From assembly GCA_964016885.1 (NCBI GenBank), contig OZ024741.1, positions 196,292,001 to 196,356,000 on the forward strand: DNA of 64,000 nt, given 5' to 3'. Source of the stretch: Eledone cirrhosa. Lineage: Eukaryota. Made by a program: the position numbers and the translations under genes. Shown piece after piece: positions 28,349 to 40,701 of the stretch. The notes beneath the pieces are model-generated. The model saw only the letters and a program-made list of their open reading frames with translations, did not search any database and was not told the origin of the DNA. The first letter of the stretch is position 1. The number at the start of each line of letters is the position of its first letter.

Positions 28349-30406
28349 AGGTTTTTCTGGGTCTGCCTGCTCCGTGGCTACCGTCTATCTTTATTGCCCT
28401 GCACTTTGTTATACAGCTGTCGTCTTTCATACGCATCACGTGACCATACCAACGTAGCCTTCTCTCGAGTAAACAACATCTGATCCCTCTTATTTCTAAT
28501 TTTTCCCTTAGTTCGTTTATGCTTTGCCGTTCACGTATATTACTATTACACATCCAGCGGAGCATGCAAGCTTCGTTCCACTCTAGTCTGCGTATATCCT
28601 CTGCACACAATGCCCAGGTCTCACTGCCATGCAACATTGTTGTTCGTATGCAGGCATCATACAGCCTGCCTTTCATTTTTAGGGAGAACCCTTTAGCGGC
28701 TAATAGTGGTATAAGCTCTCTGAACTTTTTCCATCCAGTTCTGACTCGAGCTACTGTACTTTCCGAGCACCCTCCACCACTGCTGATTTTGTCACCCAGG
28801 TAACGGAAACTGTCCACTATTTCTATAGAACCCTCTGCGCAATTGAAAGAGCTAGTATTTTGTGGGCACTTGCTGCTACTTATTGCACCAGAGCACCGGC
28901 CACATGTAAAATCTATGTTCTTAGTTAGCTTACCTGTGATCCCACTAAGTCTTTTATGCACCCATACTTTGCATTTGGGACATAAAATGGAGTTTCTACC
29001 TACTCCTTTCCTACACACTGAGCATGGCCATTTCCCAGAAGGGACCGGCGCCTTATTTTCTTTCCTACAAACTAGAACTTTAGTCTTAGCCAGGTTAATT
29101 TTAAGGCCTTTTGATTCTAGTCCGTGCTTCCATGTTTGGAATTTCTTCTCTAGCTCAGCCATTGATTCAGCTATGAGCGTTAGATCATCTGCGTATAGGA
29201 GTTCCCATGGGCAGCCGGTCTTGAACTCCACTGTTATAGCCTGAAGGGCAATAATAAATAGTAGGGGGCTAAGAACAGAGCCCTCATGAACACCAACCTT
29301 TACGCTAAACTCTTCACTATATTCATTGTTAATTCTAACCTTGCTGACTGTTTCTTTATATGGAGGCACATGGCTTAGTGGTTAGAGCATTGGCCTTGCA
29401 ATCGAAAGGTTGTGAGTTCAATTCTCAGACCGGGTGAATTGTTGTTTCCTTGAGCAAGACACTTTATTTCACATTGCTCCAGTTTACTCAGCTGTAGAAA
29501 TGAGATGATAGGGACTGGGGTCCATATCATTCCACTGCAAAGTGGTCGTGGAGGTGCCACGGCAAAAAAGCACCCAGCACTCACTGTAAATGAGGTTGGT
29601 GTTAGGAAGGGCATCCAGCTGTAGAAATCAAGCCAGAATCAGTTCCCGTCCCACCCTTGCAAGCAGGGAAAAGCGGACGTAAAATGAAATGATGAATGAA
29701 ATGGCTTGTATAGCTCTCACAAGCCATTCATCAACACCTAGTTTTCTAAGCCCTCCAGATAATGGAACGGGGGACTCTGTCGAAGGCTTTCTCCAAGTCG
29801 ACAAAAGCTAAGTATAGGGGTTTACTTTTAGCTAGGTACTTCTCCTGTAGTTGTCGTACAATGAAAAGAGCGTCTGTGGTACTTTTGCCTGACACAAACC
29901 CGAACTGCATTTCATCTAGATCAATTCTCTCTCTGATTAGTTGCGTTATTACTTTTTCCGTGACCTTCATGACCTGGTCGATTAATTTAATGCCTCTATA
30001 GTTACTCCTATCTAGGGCGTCTCCTTTACCCTTGTAGCAGTTAATGATGATGCTGCTACGCCAGTCCTTCGGAACAACCCCATTCTGTATGACTTGGTTT
30101 ACTATCCGGGTGACCATGGTGTGTCCCACCGTTCCAGAGGCTTTCAGCATCTCAGTAACTATTTCCGAAGGCCCAGCCGCCTTACCTGTCTTCTTATCTT
30201 TGATTGCCTTACTTATTATACCTTCGACTAACACTGCTGGTCCCTCTATTGGGTCGATATGGGGGAGTCTGTCTTTCTCCCATTTATTCTCCTCATTTAG
30301 TAGCCTTTCGTAGTGACACTTCCAAGCTACCTTCTTATCAGCGTCAGTGATGGCAAGTACGCCATCATCATTAAGTACACACTTCTCCCCGACAATATCA
30401 CGGTTT
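28349..30406 (-). mobile_element. RTE LINE family B fragment (RT), split by a SINE
   Basis: ORFs 29746-30234 and 28287-29369 with FVDLEKAFD, YADD, LHGSETW. Confidence 0.93.
29362..29700 (+). mobile_element. Full-length tRNA-derived SINE with RTE-A tail
   Basis: GGAGGCACATGGCTTAGTGGTTAGAGCA (A box), GAGTTCAATTC (B box), (ATGA)n tail. Confidence 0.92.
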
Positions 30407-30437
<31 letters not shown>

Positions 30438-30734
30438 GTATATTTATTTTATTTTATGCATTTGCTTACCACGTGTGTTTGTTTATTTATTTTTATTTGT
30501 GTTTTTTCCTCTTTCGTATCGCTGTCAACTTGCTAATTTTTTATTTTTATATTTGATTTTATTTTTTACTTTTATTTATTTATGATTTTGATTTCATGTA
30601 GATGTATTTTGTCTTTGTAAGGTGATGTGACTGCTTACTTTAGTATATGCATTATATTCATTTATTTATTTTTATTGATTTTTATAATTATGTATATATA
30701 TGTATATATATATGTATATATATATATATGTATG

Positions 30735-30767
<33 letters not shown>

Positions 30768-30796
30768 ATATATATATATATATATATACATACATG

Positions 30797-30865
<69 letters not shown>

Positions 30866-30874
30866 TTGTGTATT

Positions 30875-30924
<50 letters not shown>

Positions 30925-31031
30925 CACTTTTATATTTATTATCTTTTTTTTCTTCCCCCTCTTCCTTCAGCCTCACTTTCATATTTCTAATATTTTTGTT
31001 TTCAAATCGACATTCAATAAAAACACGATTT

Positions 31032-31091
31032 TTTCATTCTGACGACTGAAAGCAGATTTATTTGCTTTCAAGAAACCACTGGTAAATGAAA
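31032..31091 (+). ncRNA. Type I hammerhead ribozyme motif (CTGACGA core)
   Basis: TTTCATT-CTGACGA-CTGAAAGCAGATTTATTTGCTTTCAA-GAAA-CCACTGG-TA-AATGAAA. Confidence 0.88.
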
Positions 31092-31149
31092 TAATCATCT
31101 TATGTTGTTTATTACATAAATAAATATATATATATATATATATATATAC

Positions 31150-34100
31150 TGGTTGGGAAATGATAATGGGTTGGGTAGATAAGGTAATTACTGTGAATAA
31201 TAAATGACAGAATCATTAAAATTACACTATTACTAAATAGAACAACCGTGTGAATTTTATCTGCTTTTGCATCCCAAGCTGGTCTGCCAGACGTACTAAA
31301 AGACAGGTTCTACGAGTCCTTAATGCATACTACTTCTCAAATAAGTGACAGTGGCTTCATAATCATTGCAGGCGACATTAATGGGGATATTGGGCAACAC
31401 TGTGATAACTTCAATGGGATCCATGGAGGCTATGGGAAGGTTTCAGGATGCTGAAATTCTGTGATGCCAATGACCTATCTGTCTGTAACGCAAATTTCAA
31501 AAACGAGACAACCACTTTATCAGGGGAGCATACCAGCCAGATTGATTTTATCCTTACCAGAAGATGAGACAGAGTGACGGTTGTAAATACAAAGTCCCTC
31601 CCTGGTGAAGAATGCACCTCCCAACATAACCTAGTAGTTAGCGACTATATAGTAAGGAGAAGACAAACTCAACAACAAAGGACAACCTGGAGGAGAAAAA
31701 TGTGGAAGTTGAAGGACCCTGAAGCCAGTGATAAACTTAGAGGTATGTTGCTTGATGCTTTTGACAGTAAAGAAGAGCAAATAGAGACATACAGTATAGA
31801 GGAGCAGTGGGAATTCCTGAAAGATAACCTACAAAAGATGACAAATGAAATCTGTGGCTGGAGCAGGTCCCTAGAGAGGAGTGACCTCGTAGTGGAACAG
31901 TAGGGTGGAGGAAACAATTAAGGCCAAAAGACAAGCATGGAGAGAATGCCGAGATGGGGGAAACTGAACACTATCAGGAGGCTAGGAGAGAAGCTAGGCA
32001 AAAAGTATACCTTGCAAGAAGGGAAGCAGAAAAAAATTTAAGCAACACGAGGACCAAAGGTGTGAAGTATTCAGGATTGCGAGGGAGTGTGTCAGGGAAA
32101 ATTGAGATGCTGTTGGGGAGGAGTGTGTCCGTGATGATAATGGAGTACTTGCCCTCACTAGTGCTGAAAAGAAGGTAGCATGGAAGTGCCACTATGAAAG
32201 ACTACTAAATGAGGAGAATGAATGGGATAAAGAGAGATTTCCCCAAGTTGACCCAACAGGGAGACTAGGTGTGCAAGGTAATAGTAGTATAGTAAGTAAG
32301 GCAATCAAAGATATGAAGATAGGTAAAGCAGCTGAATCTTCAGGAATAGTTGCCAAGATGCTGAAAGCATCTGGGATGGTGAGTCATGCTATGGCCACCT
32401 ATATAGTAAACAAAAAATACAAAACGGTGTCATACCCAATGACTGGTGTAACAGCATCATTGTCAACTGCTGCAGGGGCAAAGGAGACACTCTAGATAGA
32501 GAAAACTATAGAGGCATTAAGTTGGTTGACCAGATCATGAAGGTCAGAGAAAGAGTTATTGCACAGCTGATTAGGGACCAAGTTAAACTTGATAAAATGC
32601 AGTTTGGATTTGTGCCAGGTAAAAGTACCACAGAAGCTCTCTTCCTTGTGAGACAACTGCAGAAGAAGTACCTAGCTAAAAGTAAATCCTTCTACTTAGC
32701 TTTTGTTGATCCGAAGAAAGCCTTGGACAGAGTCCCCCCCCCCCCCCCAATCCATTATCTGGTGGGCTCTTAGAAAACTAGAAGTAGATGAGTGGCTTGT
32801 GAAAGCTATACAAGCCATGTATAGAGGAACAGTCAGCAAGGTTAGAATTAACAATGTCTATAGTGAAGAATTTAGTGTGAAGGTAGGTGTACATTAGGGC
32901 TCCATCCTTAGCTCTTTCCTGTTTATTATCATCATACAGGCTATAACAGAAAAGTTTAAGACTGGCTTCTCATGGGAACTTCTGTATACAAATGATCTAA
33001 ACCTCATAGCTGAATCTATGGCAGAATTAGGGAAGAAATTCCAAACCTGGAAATATGCCCTAGAATCAAAAGGTCTCAAAGTTAACTTGCAAAGACTAAA
33101 GTCCTAGTATGTAGAAAGGAAAATGGGGCCCAGATTGGCCCAGGGAAATGGCCTTACTCAACGTACAGGAAAGGAGTAGGTAGAAATTCCATCCTATATC
33201 CCAAATGCAAGCTATGGGTACACAAAAGATGTAGTGAGATAATAAGCTTGCTATCAAAGAATGTAGGTTTTATATGCAGCTGATGCACAGGTAAGTAGCA
33301 AGTGCCCACAGGATACTAGCCCCTTCAAATGCCCAGAGAAATAGTCAACAGTTTCTGTTACTTGGGTGACCAAGTTAGCAGTGAAGGAAGGTGTTCCAAA
33401 AGTACAGTAGCCACAGTGAGACTGGGATGGAGATAGTTCAGAGAGCTACTACTGTTGCTAACAACAAAAGGTTTTTCCCTCAAAATGAAGAGCAGATTGT
33501 ATGATGCATGTATATGAACAGCAATGTTGCATGATAGTGAGACCTGGGTGCTATGTGGAGAGGACCTGCAAAGTTTGGAAAGACATGAAGCCCTTATGCT
33601 CTAATGGATGCGTAATAGTAATATATATGAACAGCAAAGCACAAACGAACTGAGAGAATCTAGGCATTAGAGGGATCAGATACAGTGTGCAGGAGAGATT
33701 ACGTTAGTAAGGACATGTGATGCTTATGAAGGATGACAGCTGTATAAAAAGGTGTAGAGTGCTCAAAGTTGATGGAAGCTATGGAGTAGGAAGACCCAAA
33801 AAGACTTGGGATGAGGTGATAAAACCTGACCTTGCACAATTATACCACTCAAGGGTGATGACACAGGACCAATATCTCTGGCGTTATGCAGTAATATTGA
33901 AGACCTACCTTCCCATGAGCACAGACTGAAACATACATCTAATATGCACCACCTTCTCCTCCATCCCTCATTCCATACATCTCTCATGTCCTAACACTCT
34001 ACTCCTCACACACGCCTCTATACCTATCTCCCCAATCTCCCCCCCCCCCCCCCCCGTCGAAGTCCCCAGTCCAGACAGTAAAGTGGTCATTTTGGTGCCA

Positions 34101-34380
34101 CAACAAAAAGCACCTAGCCCACACTGTAAAGTAGTCATGTTGGTATCATGACAAAGAGCATGCAGCCCACACTGTAAAGTGGTCATGTAGGTGTCACAAC
34201 AAAAATTACCCAGCACACACTCTGTGATCAGTGTTAGGAAGAGCATCCAGCCATAGAAAATACCGAGCCAGAAACAGTTCTCTATGAGCAAGACAGAGTC
34301 ACCTGACCCAACTAGCCTCAAATAGGACAACCCGTCTAACCCATGCTAGCATGGAAAATGGATGTTAAACGATGATGATG
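31150..34380 (+). mobile_element. Old degenerate RTE LINE related to family B
   Basis: Many short ORF pieces (PGEECTSQHNLVV, MQFGFVPGKSTT, GRPKKTWDE); SINE-like 3' UTR and (GAT)n tail. Confidence 0.88.
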
Positions 34381-34457
34381 ATATATATATACAATCATCA
34401 TTTTACGTCCACTTTTCCTTGAACAGTATATAAGAAAAATTATCAGTATATATATAT

Positions 34458-36849
34458 AACTTCCAGAAACCTGCCAACCACCTAATAAACTACAAATCTG
34501 GCGAGCACATAAGCCAGATTGATTTCTTACTTGTTAGGCAGTGGGACAGGCAGATAGTGCCTCATACCAAGGCATACCCTGGGAAAGAATGTACCCCACA
34601 GCATAGGTTAGTCGTTAGTGATATCTCAGTAAGCAAGAGATGGAATGAGACATACAGGAAGGTGTGGAGAAGAAAGGTCTGGAAGCTAAAAGACCTTTCA
34701 CTAAAATACAAATTTAGGAAAGCCCTTCAAGATGTGTATGACGAAAAAGAAGACGATTTAGAGACGTATGACATAGATGATAACTGGAATTTCTCACGTG
34801 ACAACTTGCTGCAGGCTACTGATGAAACTTGTGGCTGGAGCAGAGCTCCAACCAGACGGAGAGTGACCTGGTGGTGGAACAGCACAGTAGATAAGGCCAT
34901 TAGAGACAAAAGACTAGCATGGAAGGCTTGTAAAAAGGGTGGGAGTAGGGAAGGATATACAGCCGCTAAGAGAGAAGCTAGTGCAAGGCAGTGTGTCAAT
35001 GCAAATCGGGATGTTGTTGGAGATAAATGTGTCCGGAATGATGCTGGTGTACTTAATGTCATGAATGATCAGAAAAAGGAGGCCTGGAAATGTCATTATG
35101 AGAGACTGATGAATGTGGAGAACAAATGGGAGAGAGAAATTACCCTCAGTAGATCCGACAGAGGGACCAGCTATTGAGATTGACGAATATAGGGTCCAAG
35201 AGGTGATTAAGGAAATGAAAAATGGTAAGGCTGCTGGACCATCGGGGATAGTTGCTGAGATGCTGAAGGCATCAGGGGACGTAGGCACTAAACTGGTTGC
35301 ACGCATCATCAATCAGGCTATATATGGTGGTGTCATACCCAAAGATTGGTGCAGCAGTATTCTCATAAATTGCTACAAAGGTAAAGGGGATGATCTGGAG
35401 AGGAGCAATTGTAGAGTATAAAACTGATGGATCAGGTTATGAAAGTGGCAGAAAGGATATTAGCACAACTAATTAGAGAAAGGGTCAAACTAGATGAGAT
35501 GCAGTTTGGTTTTGTGCCTGGCAAGAGTACAACAGATGCCCTCTTCTTGGTGAGACAATTGCAAGAGAGGTTCTTAGAGAAAAATAAGCCACTATACTTA
35601 GCCTTTGTTGACCTAGAGAAGGCCTTTGATAGGGTACCCCAATCTGTCATCTGGTGGTCCCTAAGGAAACTAGGTGTTGAGGAATGGCTTGTGAGGACAG
35701 AGCAAACTTTGTACAGAGGTACTGTCAGTAAAGTCAGGGTAGGAATCGAGTTTAGTGAGGAATTCCAGACACAAGTAGGAGTACATCAAGGTTCGGTCCT
35801 CAGCCCGCTCTTGTTCATTATAGTCCTCCAAGCCATAACAGAGGAGTTTAAGACTGGCTGTCCATGGGATCTTCTCTATGTTGATGATCTGGTTCTTATA
35901 GCAGAATCAGTAGAGGAGCTAGAGAATAAATTCTGGCTATGGAAACAGCAGTTGGAAGCAAGAGGACTGAGAGTGAACCTAGCTAAGACAAAAATGTTGA
36001 TGAGTAGAAAAGAGGACAAAACTCTGATTCCGTCAGGGAAATGGCCATGTTCGATAAGGAACTGGCATAAATTCTATAAAATGCACACAATGCAGATCCT
36101 GGGAACACAAGAGATATAGCGGGATAGCAGGCAAACTAACAGGTAGGGAGAAATACGTATGCAGTAGATGTACAGGGAAATTAGACAGTAGAAGTCGTAT
36201 TGATAGACACATTTTTCAAATGCAGGCGGGTGCTATAGAAGTGGTGGATAGCTTCCGGTACCTAGGAGATCAGATTAGCATGGGAGGGGGGGTGTTCCGA
36301 GGCCATAGTATCTAGAATAAGGACGGGTTGGAAGAAGTTTAGGGAGCTGCTTCCTCTGCTGACGAAGAAGGGTTTCTCCCTGCGTACGAAAGGACGATTA
36401 TATGATGCCTGTGTGAGGAGCGTGATGCTGCATGGTAGTGAGACATGGGCAGCAGCTGCAGAGGATATGCGACGGCTGGAGAGAAATGAGGCAAGTATGC
36501 TCCGTTGGATGTGCAGTGTCAATGTGCATGAACGACCCAGCATGAATGTGTTGAGAGGGATAGAATGTAGTGTGCGAGAGAGGAGACTGAGGTAGTATGG
36601 ACATGTGATGCGCATGGAGGATGACCGATGGGTGAAGAAGTGCCAGAAAATGCCAGTTGAAGGAAGACGTGGTAGAGGTAAACCACGAAAAACATGGGCG
36701 GAGGTGGTGAGAACAGACCTCAGATCGCTGAAGCTCACGGTGGAGATGACGAAGGACCGTGACAAGTGAAGAGATGCTGTGCTGAATAAGACCCGTCCCA
36801 CCCTTGCAAGCAGGGAAGAGCGGACGTAAAATGATGATGATGATGATGA
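34458..36849 (+). mobile_element. RTE LINE family A, 5'-truncated second copy
   Basis: Collinear with and highly similar to 8311-10809. Confidence 0.95.
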
Positions 36850-36869
36850 TATATATATATATATATATA

Positions 36870-37255
36870 GTGAAGGCGCATGGCTTAGTGGTTAGAGCAT
36901 TGGGCTTGCAATTGAAAAGTTGAGTTCAATTCTCGGACCAGGTGATGTGTTGTTTCCGTGAGCAAGACACTTTATTTCACATTGCTCCAGCTGTAGAAAT
37001 GAGATGATAGGACTGGGATCCCTATCATTCCACTGCAAAGTGGTTGTGGAAGTGCCATAGCAAAAAAGCACCCAGCCCAAACTGTAAATGAGGTTGGTGT
37101 TAGGAAGGGCATCCAGCTGCAGAAATCAAGCCAGAATCAGTTCCCATATGAGCAAGACAAGTTAAGCCAACCGGACACTGCCCACAACAGGACAACCTGT
37201 CTAACCCATGCTAGCATGGAAGAACGGACATAAAACAGTGATGATGATGATGATG
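36870..37255 (+). mobile_element. tRNA-derived SINE with the alternative (B-like) tail
   Basis: Same head and body as 29362; tail TGAGCAAGAC...CTAACCCATGCTAGCATGGAA + (GAT)n. Confidence 0.9.
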
Positions 37256-37434
37256 ATATATATATAACAGTAAAAATTAACTGTCTCTTCTTTACTTTGA
37301 TGAATAACATTTTAAAATTTACAATGAAGATAACAGTATAAATTAAATAAAAGCAGTACATCAAAATAAAATACAAATAAAAAATTGCAATAAAAGGAAC
37401 AATTAACATTTAATGAAATGAACGAAATAAAATT

Positions 37435-37623
37435 AATTGTTTCTACTTTAGGCACAAGGCCAGCAATTACCCAGTGCATTACTGGTACTTTATTTTATCG
37501 ACCCCGTAAGGATGAAAGGCAAAGTCAACCTCGGCGGGATTTGAACTCAGATCGTAAAGGGACGTAACTATGCTGGAAAGCATGTCGTCCGACCCTCTAC
37601 CGATACTGCCAACCCACCGCCAT
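37435..37623 (-). mobile_element. tRNA-SINE (Meta-like family), full-length
   Basis: TGGCAGTATCGG A box, GAGTTCAAATCC B box; flanked by GAAATAAAATT direct repeats. Confidence 0.85.
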
Positions 37624-37969
37624 TGAATGAAATAAAATTGATGACTGTGCCATGAATGAAATAAAATTAATGACTGTGACCAGCATTTGATAAAGTATAT
37701 TTACAATACTTTCAAGATTTTGTTTTTGATTCCTAGGACACAAGTTATTTTAACAAGATATTTTAACAACAAAATTAATCTATTTATGTATTTATTTAAC
37801 ATTATTTCATTGATAAATAATCTAAAAATGTCAAGGTAATGAATGTCTTTACAATGTTGAGAATGCGCATTAAACGATTTTATAAGTATTTAATTTCGTT
37901 TTCACTTTCAAAACAGACTAAACAGCTATTGACAACTATATACTATATTTCCATAATCAGTGCTTACAA

Positions 37970-38822
37970 GTATCAGGGCAAACCTAGAGAAGAAATTCCA
38001 GATATGGAATAAAACGCTGGAATCAAAAGACTACAATGTAAATCTAACAAAAACTAAAGCTTTAGTAAGTAGAAAAGATATCAGGGCCCTGCCACCACCA
38101 GAGAAATGGCCATGATTGTTATGCAGAAAAAAATAAGTAGAAATTTAATATGGTGTATCCAATGTAAACTATGGACACACAAGTTTTGTTGTGGGATTAC
38201 AGGTAGGCGAACAGAGAAAAAAACTTCATGTAGTAGATGCACAGGAGTAGTTAGCAGCAAATTTCTTCAAATGCTCGAACACTTCACTAAAAGTAGTTAA
38301 CAGCTTTTTCTACCTTTGAGACCGAATTAGTAGTGGAAGTGGATATACCAAAAGCATAGTAGTTAGCTGGCAACAAAGGGTTTCTCTCTCAGAGTGAAAG
38401 GTAGAGATTGTATGATGTATGTGTATGAAGCATGTTAGTGAGACATGTACCTTGAATGTGGAAGATTTGTGATGGCTGGAAAGAAATGAAGCAAGCATGC
38501 TCTGCTGGGTGCATAATGTTAGTGTGCATGAATGACAGAGCACAAATGAACTGAAAGAAAAGCTAAATATAAGAGAATTTCAATGTAGTGTGCAAGAAAG
38601 AAGACTGCACTAATAGGAGTATGACAGCTGTACAAAGAAATACTGAGCACTTGAAGTGGATCAAATATGTGGAAGAGGAAGACACAGCACCAAATTGTGA
38701 AGACTGATCTTAAAAAGCTAAACTTCATGAAGGGGATGACAAGGAATCACTGGTGACATGCTGTACAAGAGAAAACCAGTGCAAGCATAATAAAATGGTC
38801 ATTAAGATGATGGTGATGATGG
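37970..38822 (+). pseudogene. Highly degenerate RTE 3' fragment
   Basis: IWCIQCKLWTHK...[15 protein letters not shown] remnants. Confidence 0.75.
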
Positions 38823-39067
38823 CAGTTAGAATGATTAATATGCCATTAGGTCTTTAGTTCGTTATATTCCCCTTATGTCCTCATTTACTGCCCTATTCAT
38901 TACCTTATGTATTACTCACTATCCTATTTTTACAGTACATCACCTGTGTAATGAGAAGGTTATTTCACCTGACTATATTGTATCTTTCAAACATCATCCA
39001 TTATCAGTCTAACTCATGCTCCCCCCTCTGTCACTCCAGTTTTTTTCTTTATAGTGGTCATTAAAAT

Positions 39068-39256
39068 AATTGTTTCTACTTTTGGCACAAGGCCAGCAAT
39101 TACCCAGTGCATTACTGGTACTTTATTTTATCGACCCCGTAAGGATGAAAGGCAAAGTTAACTTCGACGGGATTTAAACTCAGATAGTAAAGGGACGTAA
39201 CTCTGCTGGAAAGCATGGCGTCCAACCCTCTACCGATACTGCCAATTCACCGCCTT
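39068..39256 (-). mobile_element. tRNA-SINE (Meta-like family) with 16-bp target-site duplication
   Basis: TGGTCATTAAAATAAT at 39055-39070 and 39257-39272. Confidence 0.88.
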
Positions 39257-39750
39257 TGGTCATTAAAATAATGATGGCAGTGATTAGTGACACCCAGTGG
39301 CAAAACAGTTGTTAATATAAAACTGGTGATAGAAGTTGGGATACATAATATATCATAGCATCTTTCACCCATTATACTCCTCTTAAGTCTATGTACAGCA
39401 CTATTCATTGCCCTCTTCTCTATTACCTTCAATCCTATTTACTGTACCATGTTAGCCATTTAATTTAATATTTAGTCATGCAAACATGCCAAAAATACAA
39501 ATTTCCCAGTAAATTGAAATAATGATAAACACCTCAGATCTAATTGGATCTTCGTCAGAAGGTATATCATCCAATCAACCACAAGGAATTTGATGGGTAT
39601 ATATACCTGTTACTCTTAGTATTATTCTGAAATGGACATACTAATTTTCATATAATTACTGCTATAAATACTGCTCAATTACTGCATATAATTACTGCTC
39701 ATGTTGGTAATTAATTAAAATAGATATTGAAAGGCTAACCACTAAGCCAT

Positions 39751-40186
39751 GTGAAGGCACATGGCTTAGTGGTTAGAGCATTGGGCTTGCAATCGAAAGG
39801 TTGTGAGTTCAATTCTCAGACCGGGTGATGTGTTCTTTCCTTGAGCATGACACTTTATTTCAATTTGCTCCAGTTTACTCAGCTGCAGAAATGGGGTCCC
39901 TATCATTCCACTGCAAAGTGGTCGTGGAGGTGCCACAGCAAAAAAGCACTCAGCCCACACTGTAAAGTGGACATGTAGGTGCCACGGCAAAAAAGCACCC
40001 AGCCCAAACTGTAAATGAGGTTGGTGTTAGGAAGGGCATCCAGCTGTAGAAATCAAGCCAGAATCAGTTCCTGTATGAGCAAGACAAGGTCAGCCGACCA
40101 GACACTACCCACAACAGGACAACCCGTCTAACCCATGCTAGCGTGGAAGAACGAACGTAAAACAGTGATGATGATGATGATGATGA
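39751..40186 (+). mobile_element. tRNA-derived SINE with B-like tail and duplicated internal unit
   Basis: A and B boxes; two GGTGCCAC..AAAAAAGCAC..CTGTAAA units. Confidence 0.9.
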
Positions 40187-40701
40187 TTGAAAAATGCGCT
40201 AGCAGCCAAAATGTATCATAAAATTATATCTGTATAAATATAAAGTGTGTAACAGAAACTGCAACAAATATAAATATACACATTTTTACTTTGTAGATAT
40301 GTAAACATGCTAGAAAATACGAATATATATCTTAATTAATTACCAACATGTGCTAATTACATGCAAATTAGTATGTCCATTTCAGAATAATACTAAAAGT
40401 GAACAGGTATATATATCCATCAAATACATGTTTCCCTGTGGTTCATTGGATGATATACATGTCTTCTGATGAGAATTGTATTACTGGGAAATTCATCTTT
40501 TCTGGCATGTTTCCATGCCTACATATTAAAAATGTGTATATTTATATACACATTGTTGTAGTCTCAGTTACATACACTGTATTTATACAGATATAACTTT
40601 ATCATATTCATTATTGTCTACTACCATCCTCTATTACTGATCACTATTCTCTCTCTACCATGTGATGCTTAGTTGATATCTACCACCCTAACTTACCCTG
40701 A

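Larger units (their letters stand above)
26161..31125 (+). mobile_element. 5'-truncated Penelope-like element: inverted pseudo-LTR (~26217-27390), GIY-YIG C-terminus (~27390-27740), 3' UTR/pLTR to ~31125, interrupted by an RTE
   Basis: YVGMTQDRFKTRFYAH then frameshift to TALANKVWEIK...WSIL...CSLCTTEK...CPH; 26217-27390 is the reverse complement of ~30555-31125; hammerhead motif in both copies. Confidence 0.85.

Noticed and set aside
29362-29435. tRNA-Cys-like gene (GCA loop)
   Set aside because: Stems do not close into a cloverleaf and the sequence continues into a SINE body in many copies; it is a SINE head
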